A program made the position numbers and the translations under genes. 64,000 nucleotides of DNA from the human T2T-CHM13v2.0 reference genome, Homo sapiens: the NCBI RefSeq assembly GCF_009914755.1, contig NC_060937.1, one strand, 5' to 3'. The notes beneath the pieces were generated by a model that worked only from the letters and a program-made list of their open reading frames with translations, ran no database searches and was not told where the DNA came from. The first letter of the stretch is position 1; every line of letters begins with the position of its first letter. Shown one piece after another: positions 1 through 16,050 of this stretch.

Positions 1-109
1 TCATTATAGATCCGATTTTTGAATACATATAATTATGTATCTTTGCTGTAAAATATATTTAAAACTGTAAATTAATCTCTTTTAGTACTGAAAGTTTTTG
101 TGAGAAGAA

Positions 110-245
110 AGGATTGCTGATTAGGAGGTGATATGGTGGTTGAATTAAGTGCCTTACATGCTGGTAATATTCTACTTCTTTTCCTGGATGGAGGTTGAAT
201 GGTTATATGATCTTTGTAAAAATCATCCAACTGTATAATTATAAA
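110..245 (+). mobile_element. old L1M (L1ME/MC-like) 3' UTR fragment
   Basis: GGTAATATTCTACTTCTT...GGATGGAGGTT...TTTGTAAAAATCATCCAACTGTA resembles the terminal part of L1M 3' UTRs; highly diverged. Confidence 0.4.
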
Positions 246-344
246 TTTCTATTTATAAATTTTTATCAAAATAATTATTGAACTTGTGGAAAAATTTGCT
301 TTACAGTTTTCTTTCTCATGATTTTTATCTTTTAAATTTTCCAG

Positions 345-1262
345 GCAGTTTTTAAAAGTATTCATTATTTTTAGAGCAGTTTTAAGTTCATGGAAAAACA
401 GAGAGAAAGGCACAGAGATTTCACATGTTCTCTCTGTCCCCACACATGCATAACTTCCCCCATTATCAACATCCTCCACCAGAGTGGTATATTTATAACA
501 ATTGATGAACCTACATTGACACATTATAATTACCCAAAGTTCATACTGGTTTGGACAAATGTATAATGACATATTTCCATCATTATAGTATATAAAGAGT
601 ATTTTTACTGCCCTAAACATTTCCTGTGTTCCCCCTATTCATCCTTCCCTTCCCTGCACCTCTAGCAAACACTAAACTTTTTAATGTCTCCATATTTTTA
701 CCTTTTCCAGAATGTTATATATTTGGACTCATACAGTATATGGTCTTTTCATATTGGCTTTTATGGCTTGGCAATATGTATTTAAGTTTTCCGTATGTCT
801 TTTCATGGTTTGACAGCCAATTTACTTTTAGTGCTAAATAACATTCCATTGTCTAGGTATATACCACACTTTATGTATCGGTTGCCTTACTGAGTGTCTT
901 GGTTGCTTCCAAGTTTTGGCAATTATGAGTTAAGCTGCTATAAACATCTATGTGCAGGTTTTTGTGTGAACATAAGTTTTCAACTCTTTGAGCAAACATC
1001 AAGGACTATGACTACTGGATTGTGTGCTAATGATATGTTTAGTTTTGTAAGAAGCCACTAAACTGTTCTCCAAAGTAGGAGATTTCTGTAGATTCCATAT
1101 ATTAGCAATGAGAGTTCCTCTCCCTCCAAGTTCTCACCAGGATTTGTTGTCAGTATTTTGAATTCTGGCCATTCTAAAAGGTATGTGGTGGTCTTCCATT
1201 GTTGTCTTAAATTCCATTTCCCTAATGACATATGATGTGGAGTATCTTTTTATATGCCTACT
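345..1262 (-). mobile_element. L1MC-like LINE-1, 3' UTR and ORF2 end (left part of an interrupted element)
   Basis: TTTAGAGCAGTTTTAAGTTC...CCCCATTATCAACATCC...GATGAACCTACATTGACACATT matches the antisense L1MC1/2 3' end; resumes at 4087. Confidence 0.8.
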
Positions 1263-3034
1263 GTTTTTTAAGCTTCGCCTTTTATTTTAGTTACTTGGGG
1301 TACCCATGCAGGTTTGTTATATGGGATTATAGTGTGATGCTAACATTTGGAGTATGATTCCGATCACACAGATGTGAACATAGTACCTGATAGGTAGTTA
1401 TTTAACTCACTCCCCCCAAACCTTTAGTAGTTTGTAGTCTCTATTGTTTTCATATTTATATCCATATGTGCTCAATTTTAGCTTCTACTTATAAGTGAAA
1501 ACATGCAGTATTTGTCTTTCTGTTCCTGTGTTACATTACGACTTCCAGCTGTTAAAATTATGGCTTTCTTTTCCTGTGTAATATTATGGCTTTCAGCTCT
1601 ATCCATGTTGCTAAAAAAATATGATTTCATTGTTTTTTATGACTGCATAGTATTCCATGGCATATATGTACTACAATTTCTTTATCCAATCTACCATCGA
1701 TGGGCACCTGGGTTGATACTATGTCTTTGCTATTGTGAGTAGCACAGCAATGGACATATGAGTGCATATGTCTTTTTGGTTGAATGATTTATTTTCCTTT
1801 GGGTGTATACCCAGTAATGGTATTGCTGGGTCAAATAATAAGTATGTTTTAAGTTCTTTGGAAAATCTCCAGACTGCTTTCCACATAGGCAGGACTAATT
1901 TACATCCCCACCAACAGTACGTAAACATTCCCTTGCCTCCACAACCTTGGCAGCATCTGTTGTTTTTTGACCTTTTAGTAATGGCGATTCTTACTGATGT
2001 GAAGTGGTATGTAATTTTAGTTTTCATTTGCCTTTCTCTGATGATTAGTGATGATGAGCATATTTTCATATGTTTGTTGGCCACTTATATGTCTTCTTGT
2101 GAGAATTGTCTGTTCATGTTATTTGCCATTTTTTAATGTGGTTATTTGATTTTTGCTTGTTGATTTGTTTAAGTTTTCTGTAGATTCCATATATTAGGCA
2201 TTCGTTAGATGCATAGTTTACAAATACTTTCTCCCATTTTGTAGGTGGTTTGTTCTGTTGATGGTTTCTTTTGCTGTTTAGAAGCTCTTTAGTTTAATTA
2301 TGTCCTGCTGTCTATTTTGTTTTTTGTTGCAGTTGCTTTTGGGACTTAGCCAAAAAGTATTTGCCAATTCCAATGTCAAGAAGGTTGTTTTCCAGGATTT
2401 TTATAGTCTGAGGTATTACATTTAAATCATTAATTCATTCTGAATTCATTTTTGTACATGGTAGAAGGAAGGAGTCCAGTTTTATTCTTCTTCATATGCC
2501 TAGCCAGTTATCTCAAAATCACTTACTGAGTAAGGATTCCTTTTCCCATTGCTTGTTTTGGTCAGCCTTATTGAGATCATGACTGTAGATGTGTGACTTT
2601 AATTCTGAGTTTTCTGTTATGTTCTATTGGTCGATGTGTCTATTTTCATACTAGTATCAGGCTGTTTTGTTTACTGGGGCTTTATGGTATAGTTTAATGT
2701 CAGGTAGTGTGATGCTTCCAGTTTTGTTCTTTTTGCTTAGGATTGTGTTCTCTATTCAGGCTCTTTTTTGCTTTCACATGAATTTTTGAATAGTTTTTTC
2801 TAATTCTGTGAATAATGACATTGGCGATTTGATAGAAATAACATTGAATCTGTAAATTGCTTTGGGCAGTATAACCATTTTAATAATATTGATTCTTCCA
2901 ATCCATGAGCATGGAAGGTTTACCATCTCTGATTTGTCTCAGTAGTGCTTTGTAGTTCTCCTTATAGAGATATTTTTACCTCCTTGGTTAGCTGTATTCC
3001 TAGGTATTGCATTTTTTGTGTGCGGCTGTTGTAA
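1263..3034 (-). mobile_element. L1PA15/16-like LINE-1, 3' (non-inverted) segment
   Basis: Antisense L1PA 3' UTR (GGGGTACCCATGCAGGTTTGTTATATGGG); ORF 1719..2084(-) encodes the ORF2 C-terminal HMKICSSSLIIRE...FDPAIPLLGIHP region. Confidence 0.85.
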
Positions 3035-4086
3035 GATCCCACCAAAACACAAAAGATCCTCAGAGACTACTATGACCAATTCTATGCACACAAATTAGAA
3101 AATCTAGAGGAAATGGATAAATTTCTTGAAGCACAAAATCTCTCAAGATTGCATCAGGAAGAGATTGGAACCCTGAATAGACCAATATCAACTTTTGAAA
3201 TTGAATTAGTAATTTAAAAAACCTACCAACCAAAAAACAAAAAACAAAATGCCCTGGACTAGCTAGATTGACAGCTGAATTCTACCAAGTGTACAAATAA
3301 GAACTGATACCAATTCTACTGAAACTACTCCAAAAAATCAAGGAGGAAAGCCTCCTCTCTGACTCATTCTATAAAGTCTTCATCAGCCTGGTACCAAGAG
3401 CTGGCAGAGACACAATGGGAAAAGGGAAATTCGGGCCAATATTCCTCATGAACATAGTCATCATGAACATAGACACAAAAATCCTCAACAATATATTAGC
3501 AGCAGCACACCAAAAAGTTAGTACAACATGATCAAGCAGGTTTATTCTTGGGATGCAAGGCTGGTTCAACATATGTAAATCAATAAATGTGATTCTCCAG
3601 GTAGACAGAATTAAAAGCAGAAGCCATATGATCGTCTCAATAGAGGCCAAAATCTTCTGAGAAAATCCAACATCCTTAATGAAAAAAACCTTAACAGACT
3701 AGGCATTGAAGCAACATATCTCATAATAATAAAAGCCATCTATGACAAACCCACAGCCATCATACTGAATGGTCAAAAGCTCAAACCACTCCCCTTGAGA
3801 ACTAGAACAAGACAAGAATGCTCACAGTCAAGACTACAATTCATCATAGTACTGGAAGGCTTAGCCTGAGCAATCAGTCAAGGAAAAGCTATAAAAGGCA
3901 TCCAAATAGGACAAGAAAAATCCAAACTATCTTTCTTCACTGACAATATGATTCTATACCTGGGAAGTGCCAAAGACTCTGCCAAAAGGCTCCTAGAACT
4001 GACAAACAACTTTAGTAAAGTATCAGGATACAAAATCAATATACAAAAATTAGTATACGACAACCTTCAGGCTGAGAGTGAAATCA
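3035..4086 (+). mobile_element. 5'-inverted segment of the same L1PA15/16-like element (ORF2 Z/RT region)
   Basis: Sense ORF2 sequence from GATCCCACC..AAAAGATCCTCAGAGACTAC to GCTGAGAGTGAAATCA; it ends just upstream of where the minus segment starts in L1 coordinates; degenerate TSD ATATG(G)CCTA at ~1252 and ~4086. Confidence 0.85.
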
Positions 4087-5590
4087 TATGGCCTATTTTC
4101 TCTCTGTATAGCTTATTTTGTTAGGTGTCTGCTAAAGTATTGGGCTCATTTTTAAATGGAGTTGTTATTTTCTTTTTTTTTTTTTTTGACTTTTAAGTGT
4201 GCTCTGTATATTTTGTGTAACAATCTTTTATTAGATGTGTCTTTTGCAAATAAGTTCTCCCAGTCTGTGGCTTATCTTTTTTCACTCTTGATATTGTATT
4301 TGACAGAGCAGAAGGTTTTAATTTTAATAAAGTCCAGTGTGTCAATTTTTTAAATAGATTTGCCTTTGATAATGTATATTAAAAGTCATTATCATATCTA
4401 TGAGTATCTCGTTTTTCTCCTATGTTATCGTCTAAGAGTTTTATAGTTTCACATTTTATATTTGGTCTATGATTCATTATGAGTTACTTTTTCTGAAGGG
4501 TGTAAGGTCTGGGTCCGTATGTATATTTATTTTGTTTTTGCCTGAGAATGTCCAATTCTTCCAGCACCGTATGTGGAAAAGACAATCTTTGCTCTGTTTT
4601 ATTGTTTTTGCTCCTTTGTCAAATGTTAGTTGATTATATTTATTGAGGTTACTTCTAAGATCTCTATTTTGTTTCATTAATCTATTTGTCTGTTCTTTCT
4701 CTAGTACTACACTGCCTTGATTACTGCACCTTCTTTGTAATTTTTGATGTTGGGTGCTGTCAGTCCTTCAACTTTGTTCGTCTTCTTCAATATTATATTG
4801 GCTATTGGTCTTTAGAATCAGCTTGTCAATATCCACAAACTAGCTCACTGGTATTTTAATTGTGATTTTATTGAGCCTAGATATCAAGTTGGAAAAAGCT
4901 GATATTTTAACAATATAGTCTTCCTATCCATTAACATAGAGTATCTGTTCATTTATGTTTTATTTGATTTTCTTCATCAGAATTTTGTGGTTTTCCTCAT
5001 TTAGATTTTGTTCATATTTCGTTAGATTTCTATCTAAGTATTTCATTTTTGGTGCTAATATAAATGGTATTTTGTTATTAAATTAAAATTCTACTTGTTC
5101 ATTGCCTGTATGCAGGAAAATGATTGACTTTTCTGTATTAACCTTGTATTCTATAAAATTACTACAATAACATAAATTTTGGAAGTTTTTGGGTTTTTTT
5201 TTTAACTTCTCATACAGATCATCCTGTCACCTGCTATCAAATACAGTATTATTTCTTCCTTCCTACACTGTATACCTTCTACTTCCTTTTCTTAGTGCAT
5301 TAGCTAGGACCTCCAGTATGATGTTTAAAATGCATGGCAATAGAGAAAATCCATGCCTTCTTCCTCGTTTTGGTGTGAATGCTTCCTTTCCTACCATTAA
5401 GAATGATGTTAATTGTAGGTGTTTTGTAGATATTCTTTATCAATTTGGGGTTATCCTCTGTTCCTGCTATATACTGAGAGTTTTTTTTGTTTTTTTATTT
5501 TTATTTTTTTTAACCATGAATGGGTGTTAAATTTGGTCAAATGCTTTTTCTGCATATATTGATATAATCATTTGATTTTTTAGCTTAATG
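4087..5590 (-). mobile_element. L1MC-like LINE-1 ORF2 (continuation of 345-1262)
   Basis: Antisense ORF2; ORF 4477..4677(-) YNQLTFDKGAKTIKQSKDCLF..CWKNW is L1M ORF2-like. Confidence 0.8.
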
Positions 5591-6202
5591 ATTCATGAAC
5601 TTATAAAAATCTGGCTTCTATAGGTGTGAATTTGGTGACATCATGAAACACTCTTATGCTAAAATCTATACCTTGCTTTCAATTTAAAAACATGATGAGT
5701 TATATAGTAGAGTTTCTATTTCTTCACAGTGAAGGTAAAAGACAAATGGCATGAACCTCCCTGCCCAACCCCCCGCACCCCCCAAAATAAAGAGAAAAGA
5801 AAGAAGAGACAGGAGTCAAATTTTGGAACATAGCCATAAGCAAATAGAATAGTATTAACTCATTACAGGCAGATAGGGTAGCTCAATTGGGAAGGGCAAA
5901 ATCAGTATTATATAAATTATGGAATGGTCCAAAATCCTGAGAATTATAAACATCAAGAATGTTGAAATAGTAGAGGAGATGATGTTAAAAAACAAGAGAG
6001 TTGTTTAAAAGTCTTTTTAAGAAGCAACATCTCATTTCCTTTTATATAGGTAAGCATCTTTTCCCCAGCAAGTAGAAAAGTAGATTGGTTTTGTTTTTGA
6101 GGGAGTACAAAATATAGAGTTATATATGAAAATTAATGATTTTTTTTACTCTTAACCTATGAAAATACATAACTTTGATGAATTTTAAAAATAATAATCG
6201 TA

Positions 6203-6676
<474 letters not shown>

Positions 6677-7497
6677 CTACAAGGAAGGTGCTCTTTTTCT
6701 ACAGAAAGTGTTCTCTTTCCTGTTGAAAACACTCAGTTTCCAGATGTGTGTAATTACTGGACTCTTTTGTCCAGCTATTAATATGAAATACAAGTAATCC
6801 AATTTTACTACATGATATATTGCAAATGTATGTGCTTACACCTTAAAAGTAACAAGATAACAACCAGAAAGATAAATCTATCTCATATAGAGAACACATT
6901 GTAGAATTTACAAGGATGAAAACTTTGTGGCTCAAGTTGGCTCCGTAATATTGACTTCCATAAACTTTCTAATTTCTAGTTAAATCAGCCAAGGAAGTAA
7001 GGAGCCCGTTGTGGAAATATGCAAAACAGCATCATGTAGATACTAAAAACAAGCAAACATTTGTCTTCGATTGTACATACTTGCATGCACAGAAAATTTA
7101 TATTTTATCCTTAGAGTTTTATTTTATTTTTCATCTGAGGCTTGGTGTTGCCAAGGTGGTAAACAAGAAAAATATAATCTCTGTTTTCCTGCAAAGGTAA
7201 ATCTTTCAAGGGATGGTGCTTAATTTTATTCTTACAGTATCATCTTTGCTTAGATTTTTCAGTTGAGGATTAGCAAACCAGAACTTGTGGATATATCTGG
7301 ATTCAGTGAAGATAAACACTAGAATTAAACATTGTATCATTTATTGCTGCTTACCTTGAATGTTTTAACTTTTAATATAATGAATGGAACAGTTGGGATC
7401 ATGATTTAATGTCTTGAAGGCAGCCTTCAGGGCCAGCACCAAGGGTGTAGAATTTTGTTTAAATTATCTTAGATCATCAAGGAGAGATTATTCAGTT

Positions 7498-7534
7498 AAA
7501 AAAAGGAAGAAAGAAAGGAAAGAAGGCAGGAAGG

Positions 7535-7566
<32 letters not shown>

Positions 7567-7630
7567 AAGGCAGGAAGTCAGGCAGGAAGGCAGGAAGGAA
7601 GGAAGGAAGGAAGGAAAAAAGGGAGAAAAA
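7498..7630. repeat. purine-rich interrupted (GGAA/GGCA)n tract
   Basis: Read directly. Confidence 0.9.
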
Positions 7631-10600
7631 GCTTAAAAACTAGAGCTTCCCATGATTTCCTCAAGTTTTGTAAAACGTCAGTTTCTTTCCATTGAATGAG
7701 GAAAGACTAGCAGGGAGAAGGGCATGGTTAAGGATAGAACTTTATTATAGAACACCATAAAGCATCTAAACTGTTATTCAACTTATACAACCTTTATTGC
7801 TAGTAGGAGCAAGTTGTGACAGTCAGTAAAATGTTTAAATGAAATGGATTTAAATGGAAATCTGACTTTCTTTAGTTAAGAAAAATTATGGAAAGAGAAA
7901 AGCACTATTAATTTGGCAAAAGAATTGTTTTTCTTTCTTTAGATTCAGTTTTTTTGTTAATGGTTTGGTCTTTATTAAAAGCCAATATATCATTCAGAAA
8001 TGATAATAGGCTTTCCTGCCGGGCATTATTAATTTCTTGAATAAAGTGTGTTTATTTTAAGTCTAAGAATTAATTAATTGCATTCTATGCTACCCATAGT
8101 GTAGAGGTCCACTTTACAGAAAATTGTCCCTCTGATAAATGAATAGGCAGCTGTAATTTTGTCCTTGGGAAGTATTTCCTGCTATAATCCTGTTACTAGG
8201 GGAACGTTCACATTTATAACTAAAAATGATATCCCATTTCTTTCAAACAAACCATGACACTGAAATGTCATAACCTGCCAGTGAATAAAGAGAGTGTCGC
8301 TGTTACATATATTTGCAAAGGTAATAACAAGTGATAGTACCTTTCTTTGAGAGTCACAAATATTAACACACTTACCAATTATAGCTCATAACGAAGAGAA
8401 AATTACAGTTCTGCACCTTGAGACCAGAAGTTTTTTCATCAGTACTAAGGTTCATTCAGGATGAGCTAAAATAGGCTTTCCCCTAATGAATTCTACAGGC
8501 CAATTCTCCAACAGCTTTAAGCCTTCTGGGCAATACTTTTCTTCTTACATATATTCTCAATACTCAGTAGGAAACTAGGGCAATAAATATGCGGAAATCG
8601 TTTAGAAAACAGATTACATATATGTGTGTATATATAATATATTATAATGTGTATAAATGTATGTAATATTTTAGGCAAGTCACTTCAATGTTGGTGATAT
8701 TCAAACTGTCATTGCTTGGAAATTCAAAATGTGTTTGACTTTTTAGAGTTTTGAAGACGAACATCATTTCTGCTTATGTTGTTCTAGTTAACATGAGCTA
8801 ACTCTCTTCATTATGTTTATTGTTCAAAACAAATTAAAGAATGTGTGTAACCTTAAATGGACATACTTCTTCACGTAATAAACTTGCCTGTTTCTGAGAG
8901 ATGTTTTGAAGTAAAATTGTTACAGTTAAATATCTTTTGATCTTAAATAAACCTTCTTGACCAAATTTAAACAATAAATATAAGGTAATTAATCCACAGG
9001 AGAATGTTATAGACCCCAATGTTGGGCAGAAAAGAGAATAATTCACTGGACAAAGTAACCAGGGATCTTTATACATTTTAGGTTTATCCCTGTAAATTAA
9101 CTTCATGTCTTTTTCTTTTTGTGGATTCATATTCTGAGTAACTTAACTCACAGGGCAGAACATGGATAATCCAAATTTTCAGAATTTATATGTTAAAGCT
9201 ATAAACTTCTAACCACACAACAACAACAATTAAAAAACAAAATCAAAAGCTTAAATCTTGAGTCTATACATCACCTCATGTTTTTAGGAGATAGATTCTA
9301 ATTGGCTCAAATCGTGTCCACGGTCTGTCATTGCCAAGTCAACTGTAGTCAGCGGTCAAAGGCATATTAATGACATGTGATTTAAGGGGGTTCAGTGCTA
9401 TGAGTAAAGGTCATTTTCCACACAAATAGGATGCATTATAAGCCAGGTAAATATTCTAGTAGGTCTATAGTATTGTCTTGTTTTCCATGGTTTTGATATC
9501 TTACAATTGCAAATTATTTGTTACAACAAATGACCAATTAGGGCATATAAATAAGGTACAAAATGTTTTGTACCTTAAATAGCAAGCTTCCACAGCAAAC
9601 TTCTAATGCCAAAAATTTGTTATTCATTGAGTTCACTTTAACTAGAAGAATGTTGTAGTGATAGGAATAATTTCCACTTTTAATTGGTTCTGAAGGCAAA
9701 CAGAGAGGTGATATTCAAGTTTTATGAATGCTTGAGAACATACAGAAATTTACTATGTCCTCAAGAAGGGAAGAAAAAGGTTACAATTTTTCTCATTTCA
9801 AATTGTGATCTTAGCCATATGTAGTAAAATATACCAAGGGTTCACATCACAGATATTACATACAGCATCTGCAATATGAAAGTCAGTCATAAATTGGCTG
9901 TCATAGAATTATTTAGCTATGCATAACTGAGTAAATTGTATGAACCAAAAACTAATATGTATCTAGATAAGCTGTATTTTACAGGCTTTCTAAATTCATT
10001 TATGAAAATTCTATAATTTCATTAATTTTGTTTGGATCCATTTGATACATCAAAAGCATAACCTTAATTATCAGAATATTATTCCACTTTGGGGTGTACC
10101 TAAATAGAGTTTAATTTGAGGTCTGTAATACCAGTATGTTCACCAATTTTATTTTCTACTCCTAGAGACACTGAAAGATTATCTTCTTTATTCTTCCTTA
10201 TAATTATGTGGGAGTCATGTAACCGGAGTCTGGCTAAATGTAATGTGGTCAGAAATCATGTGCATCAATCCAAACCTTGTCATAAAACAAATTCCAGGAT
10301 CCTCCTTATCTCTGCTTTTGCACAGTAGCTGGATGAATGCAGAAAATTTAGAACAGGATTCTAAGGAGTCCGGAGGAGAGCAAGGGGCAGCACGAAACAA
10401 TCGCTTTATACCCTCAATTGCCACTGAAGAGAAGTGTCCAGTACAGTTATGCAACCATCATCCACTTGCAACTTGAGGGAGAAATAATGATTTATGGCAT
10501 TAAGTCTCTAATATTTGAAATAGTTTACAAACCAGCTATTACTTACTGCTTTGACTCATAATGGTGTATTTGTTATTATTATTTACATTATAAGAGAGCA

Positions 10601-10814
10601 GTCAATATTTTAGGAGGTTACTCTTTCTGCCTGTAATTTCAAGTTTGTTAATAATTCATTTTTTGAAAAGAAGTTAAAAAACATGTTGTTCCTTCAAGTA
10701 TTATTCTTATCCAATTTTAGATTGACATGCTTTTACCATTGCAAAATAGACATTATGTTAAGGGAAAGACGTATACTGTCAAAAGAATATACCTTTTAGA
10801 AGATATGGTTTTAT

Positions 10815-10945
10815 TTGTAGTCCTACCATCTACCAGTTGTACGGCCTAAGGCGAGTAATTTTAAGTACTAGGTTTCAATTTCCTCATATGCAACATGAAA
10901 GCCTTAAAGCAGACCCCAAGGTCCCATCCAATTCCAAGATTTAAT
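10815..10945 (+). mobile_element. MIR/MIR3 fragment
   Basis: GGTTTCAATTTCCTCATATGCAACATG core and AAGGTCCCATCCAATTCCAAGATT 3' end. Confidence 0.6.
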
Positions 10946-11071
10946 GATCTAGGAATATCCAGGGCTTGAATAGGATGGGGAGTTGAAGAACTATTAGAAA
11001 GAAGAAGAATATAAATATTATAGTTTGGATAAAATAGATGTTGACAAAGAGACTTGGCAGAGATTATAGAG

Positions 11072-11448
11072 TGTATTAGTCCATTCTGACATTGCCATAC
11101 GGACATACCCAAGACTGACTTGTTTATAAAGTAAAGAAGTTTAATTGACTCACAGTTGTGCAGGGCTGGTGGGGCCTCAGGAAACTTACAATTATGGCAG
11201 AAGGGGAAGCAAACACGTCCTTCTTTACATGGTGGCAGGAAGGAGAAGAATGAGAGAAGGGAGAAAAAGCCCCTTATAAAGCCATCAGAACTCATGAAAA
11301 CTTACTCACAATCATGAGAACAGCATGGGGGAAACGCCCCTATGATCTAATCACCTCCCACAAGGTCTCACCCCCAACATGTGGGGACTACAATTTGGAT
11401 TACAATTCAAGATGAGATTTTGGGTGGGAACACAGCCAAACCATATCA
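11072..11448 (-). mobile_element. THE1D/THE1C-like MaLR solo LTR
   Basis: TGTATTAGTCCATTCT...CACAGCCAAACCATATCA termini; GGGGAAGCAAACACGTCCTTC; flanks TAGAG/GAGAG (degenerate 5-bp TSD). Confidence 0.9.
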
Positions 11449-11559
11449 GAGAGAGAAAACAAAATTGTACAATGACACAATTTATTATAGTTGTATAAAT
11501 TCTATGTACAGAAATCTTCATGTATAGAGTTGTGTTTAATAGTTTAGGTTGTGAGATCA

Positions 11560-11750
11560 AATGAAACTGATTTCAAAGCCAAGCTCTGCTATGTGGTCTT
11601 GGACACATATCTAAATCTCTCTGCACTTCCATACCGAAGTTCATACATGAAGATAATAATAACTTTTTGTTTAGGTTAAAATTAATGTGAAGATGTGAGA
11701 ATTGAGTGAATACATATAAAGCACATAAACTAGCATAAAATGCATGAGCT
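11560..11750 (+). mobile_element. MIR fragment
   Basis: GCTATGTGGTCTTGGACAC..CTAAATCTCTCTG...GTGAGAATTGAGTGAATACATATAAAGCAC. Confidence 0.55.
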
Positions 11751-14700
11751 ATATTCCAAAAATAGGATTTATTTATTAAAGTATTTATTAAATATTTTCA
11801 TTTGTAAGTCAAATGAAGTTTTTATATCTCTGCTTGAGTTATCAATTTTCCTTTAATTTACCATGTAAACTTGTCAAATCATTTTATGTCTCCGTGTCTC
11901 AATTTTCTAATCTGTGAAAAAGAAAGTCAAACTAGAATATTTTAAATTATCTACAAACACTAAAATTATCTTATACCAATTTCCTCTGCATGGGTGAAAG
12001 CACCTAGAGATGGCAAAATATGTAAATTAGAGAAATGCTACAAAATTACTACTGTATTTTCCCTTTATTGACATTACAAGTACCTGAGGGAAAAAAGCAT
12101 ATACAGTAATCTTGAAAAGAATAAATATTTATCTTAATTTTTCAAAAATATTTAAAATGATTTAAATATTTATTTAAAGAAAGCCATAAATAACAATTGA
12201 CTTTGATAGTAAACATAACACAACTATACTGTGAATATGAAAAATGAATTGACATTTTCACAAATTTGCTATTCTTTATTCTATTAACAACAATAGCACT
12301 GAGATAAAAACAGCACATTCAAATAACCCTCAAAAAAGCTTATAATCTTAAAATTTAACTCAATTTAGGTTGTTTATATTTTGATAGTTAATTCGATTTT
12401 CATATACATAAGACAAAAGGAATTGAATTACTTTTAAGTTTTACTTAGGATAATACAAACAGGTAAAACAAAATGATGATTTTCATATTATTCTCACACT
12501 CTCTAACGGCCATTTTAATTGAATCCCCATTTCTCCCTTAACATTATTATTTATGGGTTAATACATTTAAAGGCAAACTTGTGTCATTGCTATACTAATT
12601 TTGTTATGGATAATTAGTTAAAATTAGAACTTTAAACCTTATTCTCTTAACTTCTGTTTCTCGAGGATTACAGAGCTTATAAGGTATTGATTACAGATTT
12701 CTCAGATCTTAAATTCATAATACATGAAAAGAACATGAATGATTATATACATAATACATAAAATTAAATACTAATAATCAGTGGATTTCTAGGAAACAGC
12801 AAGATATTTAGGGAAAGGGGTTGGAGTAATTACCGTAAGGTTTTGGGAATAACCAAAAACTTTATGTCAATTTACCAAAAAGGAAAAAATAATATAAAAT
12901 TTAATTTAATGTTTCGTCTCAAATATTATGTAATTTTCTAGTTTTCCTCCTGTCTTTTAAATATAAGTAAGATAATAAAATTAATTTCTATATTTGTCTT
13001 CTATTTGTTCTTGAGACCTATCTAAAAGGGGTAAAAAAAAAAAACGATTAAAATGTCAAAGACCACATAAATAAACCTTGGTGTGCTTATCCAAAAGTAG
13101 TCTATATAATTTGTTTTCAGAAACAATTTTGGAGATTTGTATTTCTTGTAAAATGTTTACGTAGTAAAACTAGATTGCTTTATTTATCAGAGTTCAAGGT
13201 CTATAGATTGTGCTTAATCAATGAGCAATGATTAAAGAATACAAGTTCTAACTACAAATCTGGTAAGGAAATAAAGTGAAATATGTCAAGTAGAATAATT
13301 CTGTCTATTTAGTCCAAGTAATTAAAAATTAAATTGCTCATACTGTAAACCTGCTCATTTTATGTATTTGTATTATATGTCTATAAAAATTATGGGGTTC
13401 TATTTGTTTATTTAATTTCTTTTGAAAAATCAGTCAAGGGTTGTTAAAGGATATGAAGTAATACACTAATTTTCAATAGTAAAAAATTATCCAACAAATT
13501 TTCAGTTGTTTAAGTAAATGGGAGAAAGATGAGTATTTATTAGCTTGGAACAATTGCAATGACAACCATTAACTTAACATCTATTCCTTTAATTCACTCT
13601 TAATTTTTTCGAGTGATTTTGCATTTTTAACCAAAAACAGAGAACAGTTATATACCCTTTTATAATCTCCGTAACTCACTAGTGTCTTATGCTACTTTCA
13701 TTGTCAGAACAAGATGATCTAAAAAATGTATGACATTTTAGAAATGAGTACATCGTAATCACTCCATTAATTGAAGTGAGGCTGTATTCTCAGACATACT
13801 TCAATTCAAATATTATATATTGAGTATTAAGCCTCATGAAGAAGTAGTGTGTTTGTAACACTTCTCAGTTTTCTACCATATTCAATATTCAAACTTTCTA
13901 ATATATTTTGGGGAAAAAAGTATTTTCCCCTGTGCAGAAACTTAGCTTTCTACTACACAAAGTGTTCCTAGCTATGACTACTAACTGCATTATGAGTTAC
14001 TACTCCTGACCCTGTTGTAATTTCCTGGTGAACAGTCTCATTCGGCAGAGTGTGACTTTCTCTGTACCTGTTTCTGTGGGTGTGAAGATCTCTAACATGC
14101 CTCACTATTGGTTTCCCAGGGTCTATGTGTTATCAGATTAAATTGAAGCATTGGAGTTTCCCAAAGCCCTTATAATGTGAGAGATACGAAAACTTTTCTC
14201 ACATGACAGCCCTGTAATGCAAAGGAAAATTGTCCTCACTAATCCATCATAGTTCCTATCAAGTCCTGTATCCTCAGACCTGAACATTTATCAAAGATTA
14301 CCTGCAAACTGCCATGTTGAAATATGCATACCTACCAGAGGACAATCCAACAATCTACCCAGACAGATTGTCTTGGCTATAGAATATATTACTATCCCCT
14401 TCTGACAAGCTCTTCCACACAGGAGAACCTTGCCATCTCCTGCAGTAAATTTCTCAAAGTCAGAGTCATTTAGCTAAAATATCAAATTGGGGAAGGTTGA
14501 GAAAGATGTTGCATCTGCAAAATAATCGGAGATCAGCTTTGGCTTAGGGGCTTCCAAGCCAGCGGAGTCATCTAGAATGGGCTTGGTCTCAACAATTTGA
14601 ATTCCCTTCGAAGTCTTCCAGCCATTATGAGGTCGAACAGATATACTTGTCTTTTTTCTAGATCATTCAGGAGTTGATACGTTAATCGTACACATGGAGA

Positions 14701-14759
14701 TTAACTCATTGTGTACATATCTGTATGTGTCTTTATGTTTTAGAGCATAGAAAATATGA

Positions 14760-16050
<1,291 letters not shown>

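Noticed and set aside
7414-7695. Lys/Arg/Glu-rich repeat ORF (also 30956-31138)
   Set aside because: Translation of GGAA microsatellites
7340-8380. Strong minus-strand donor-like sites (CTTACC at ~7350 and ~8371)
   Set aside because: No matching acceptor or open exon could be supported; isolated GTAAG sites are frequent
10116-10476. Three overlapping ORFs in non-repeat sequence as a possible exon
   Set aside because: No recognisable protein similarity or convincing splice-site pair; lengths are expected by chance
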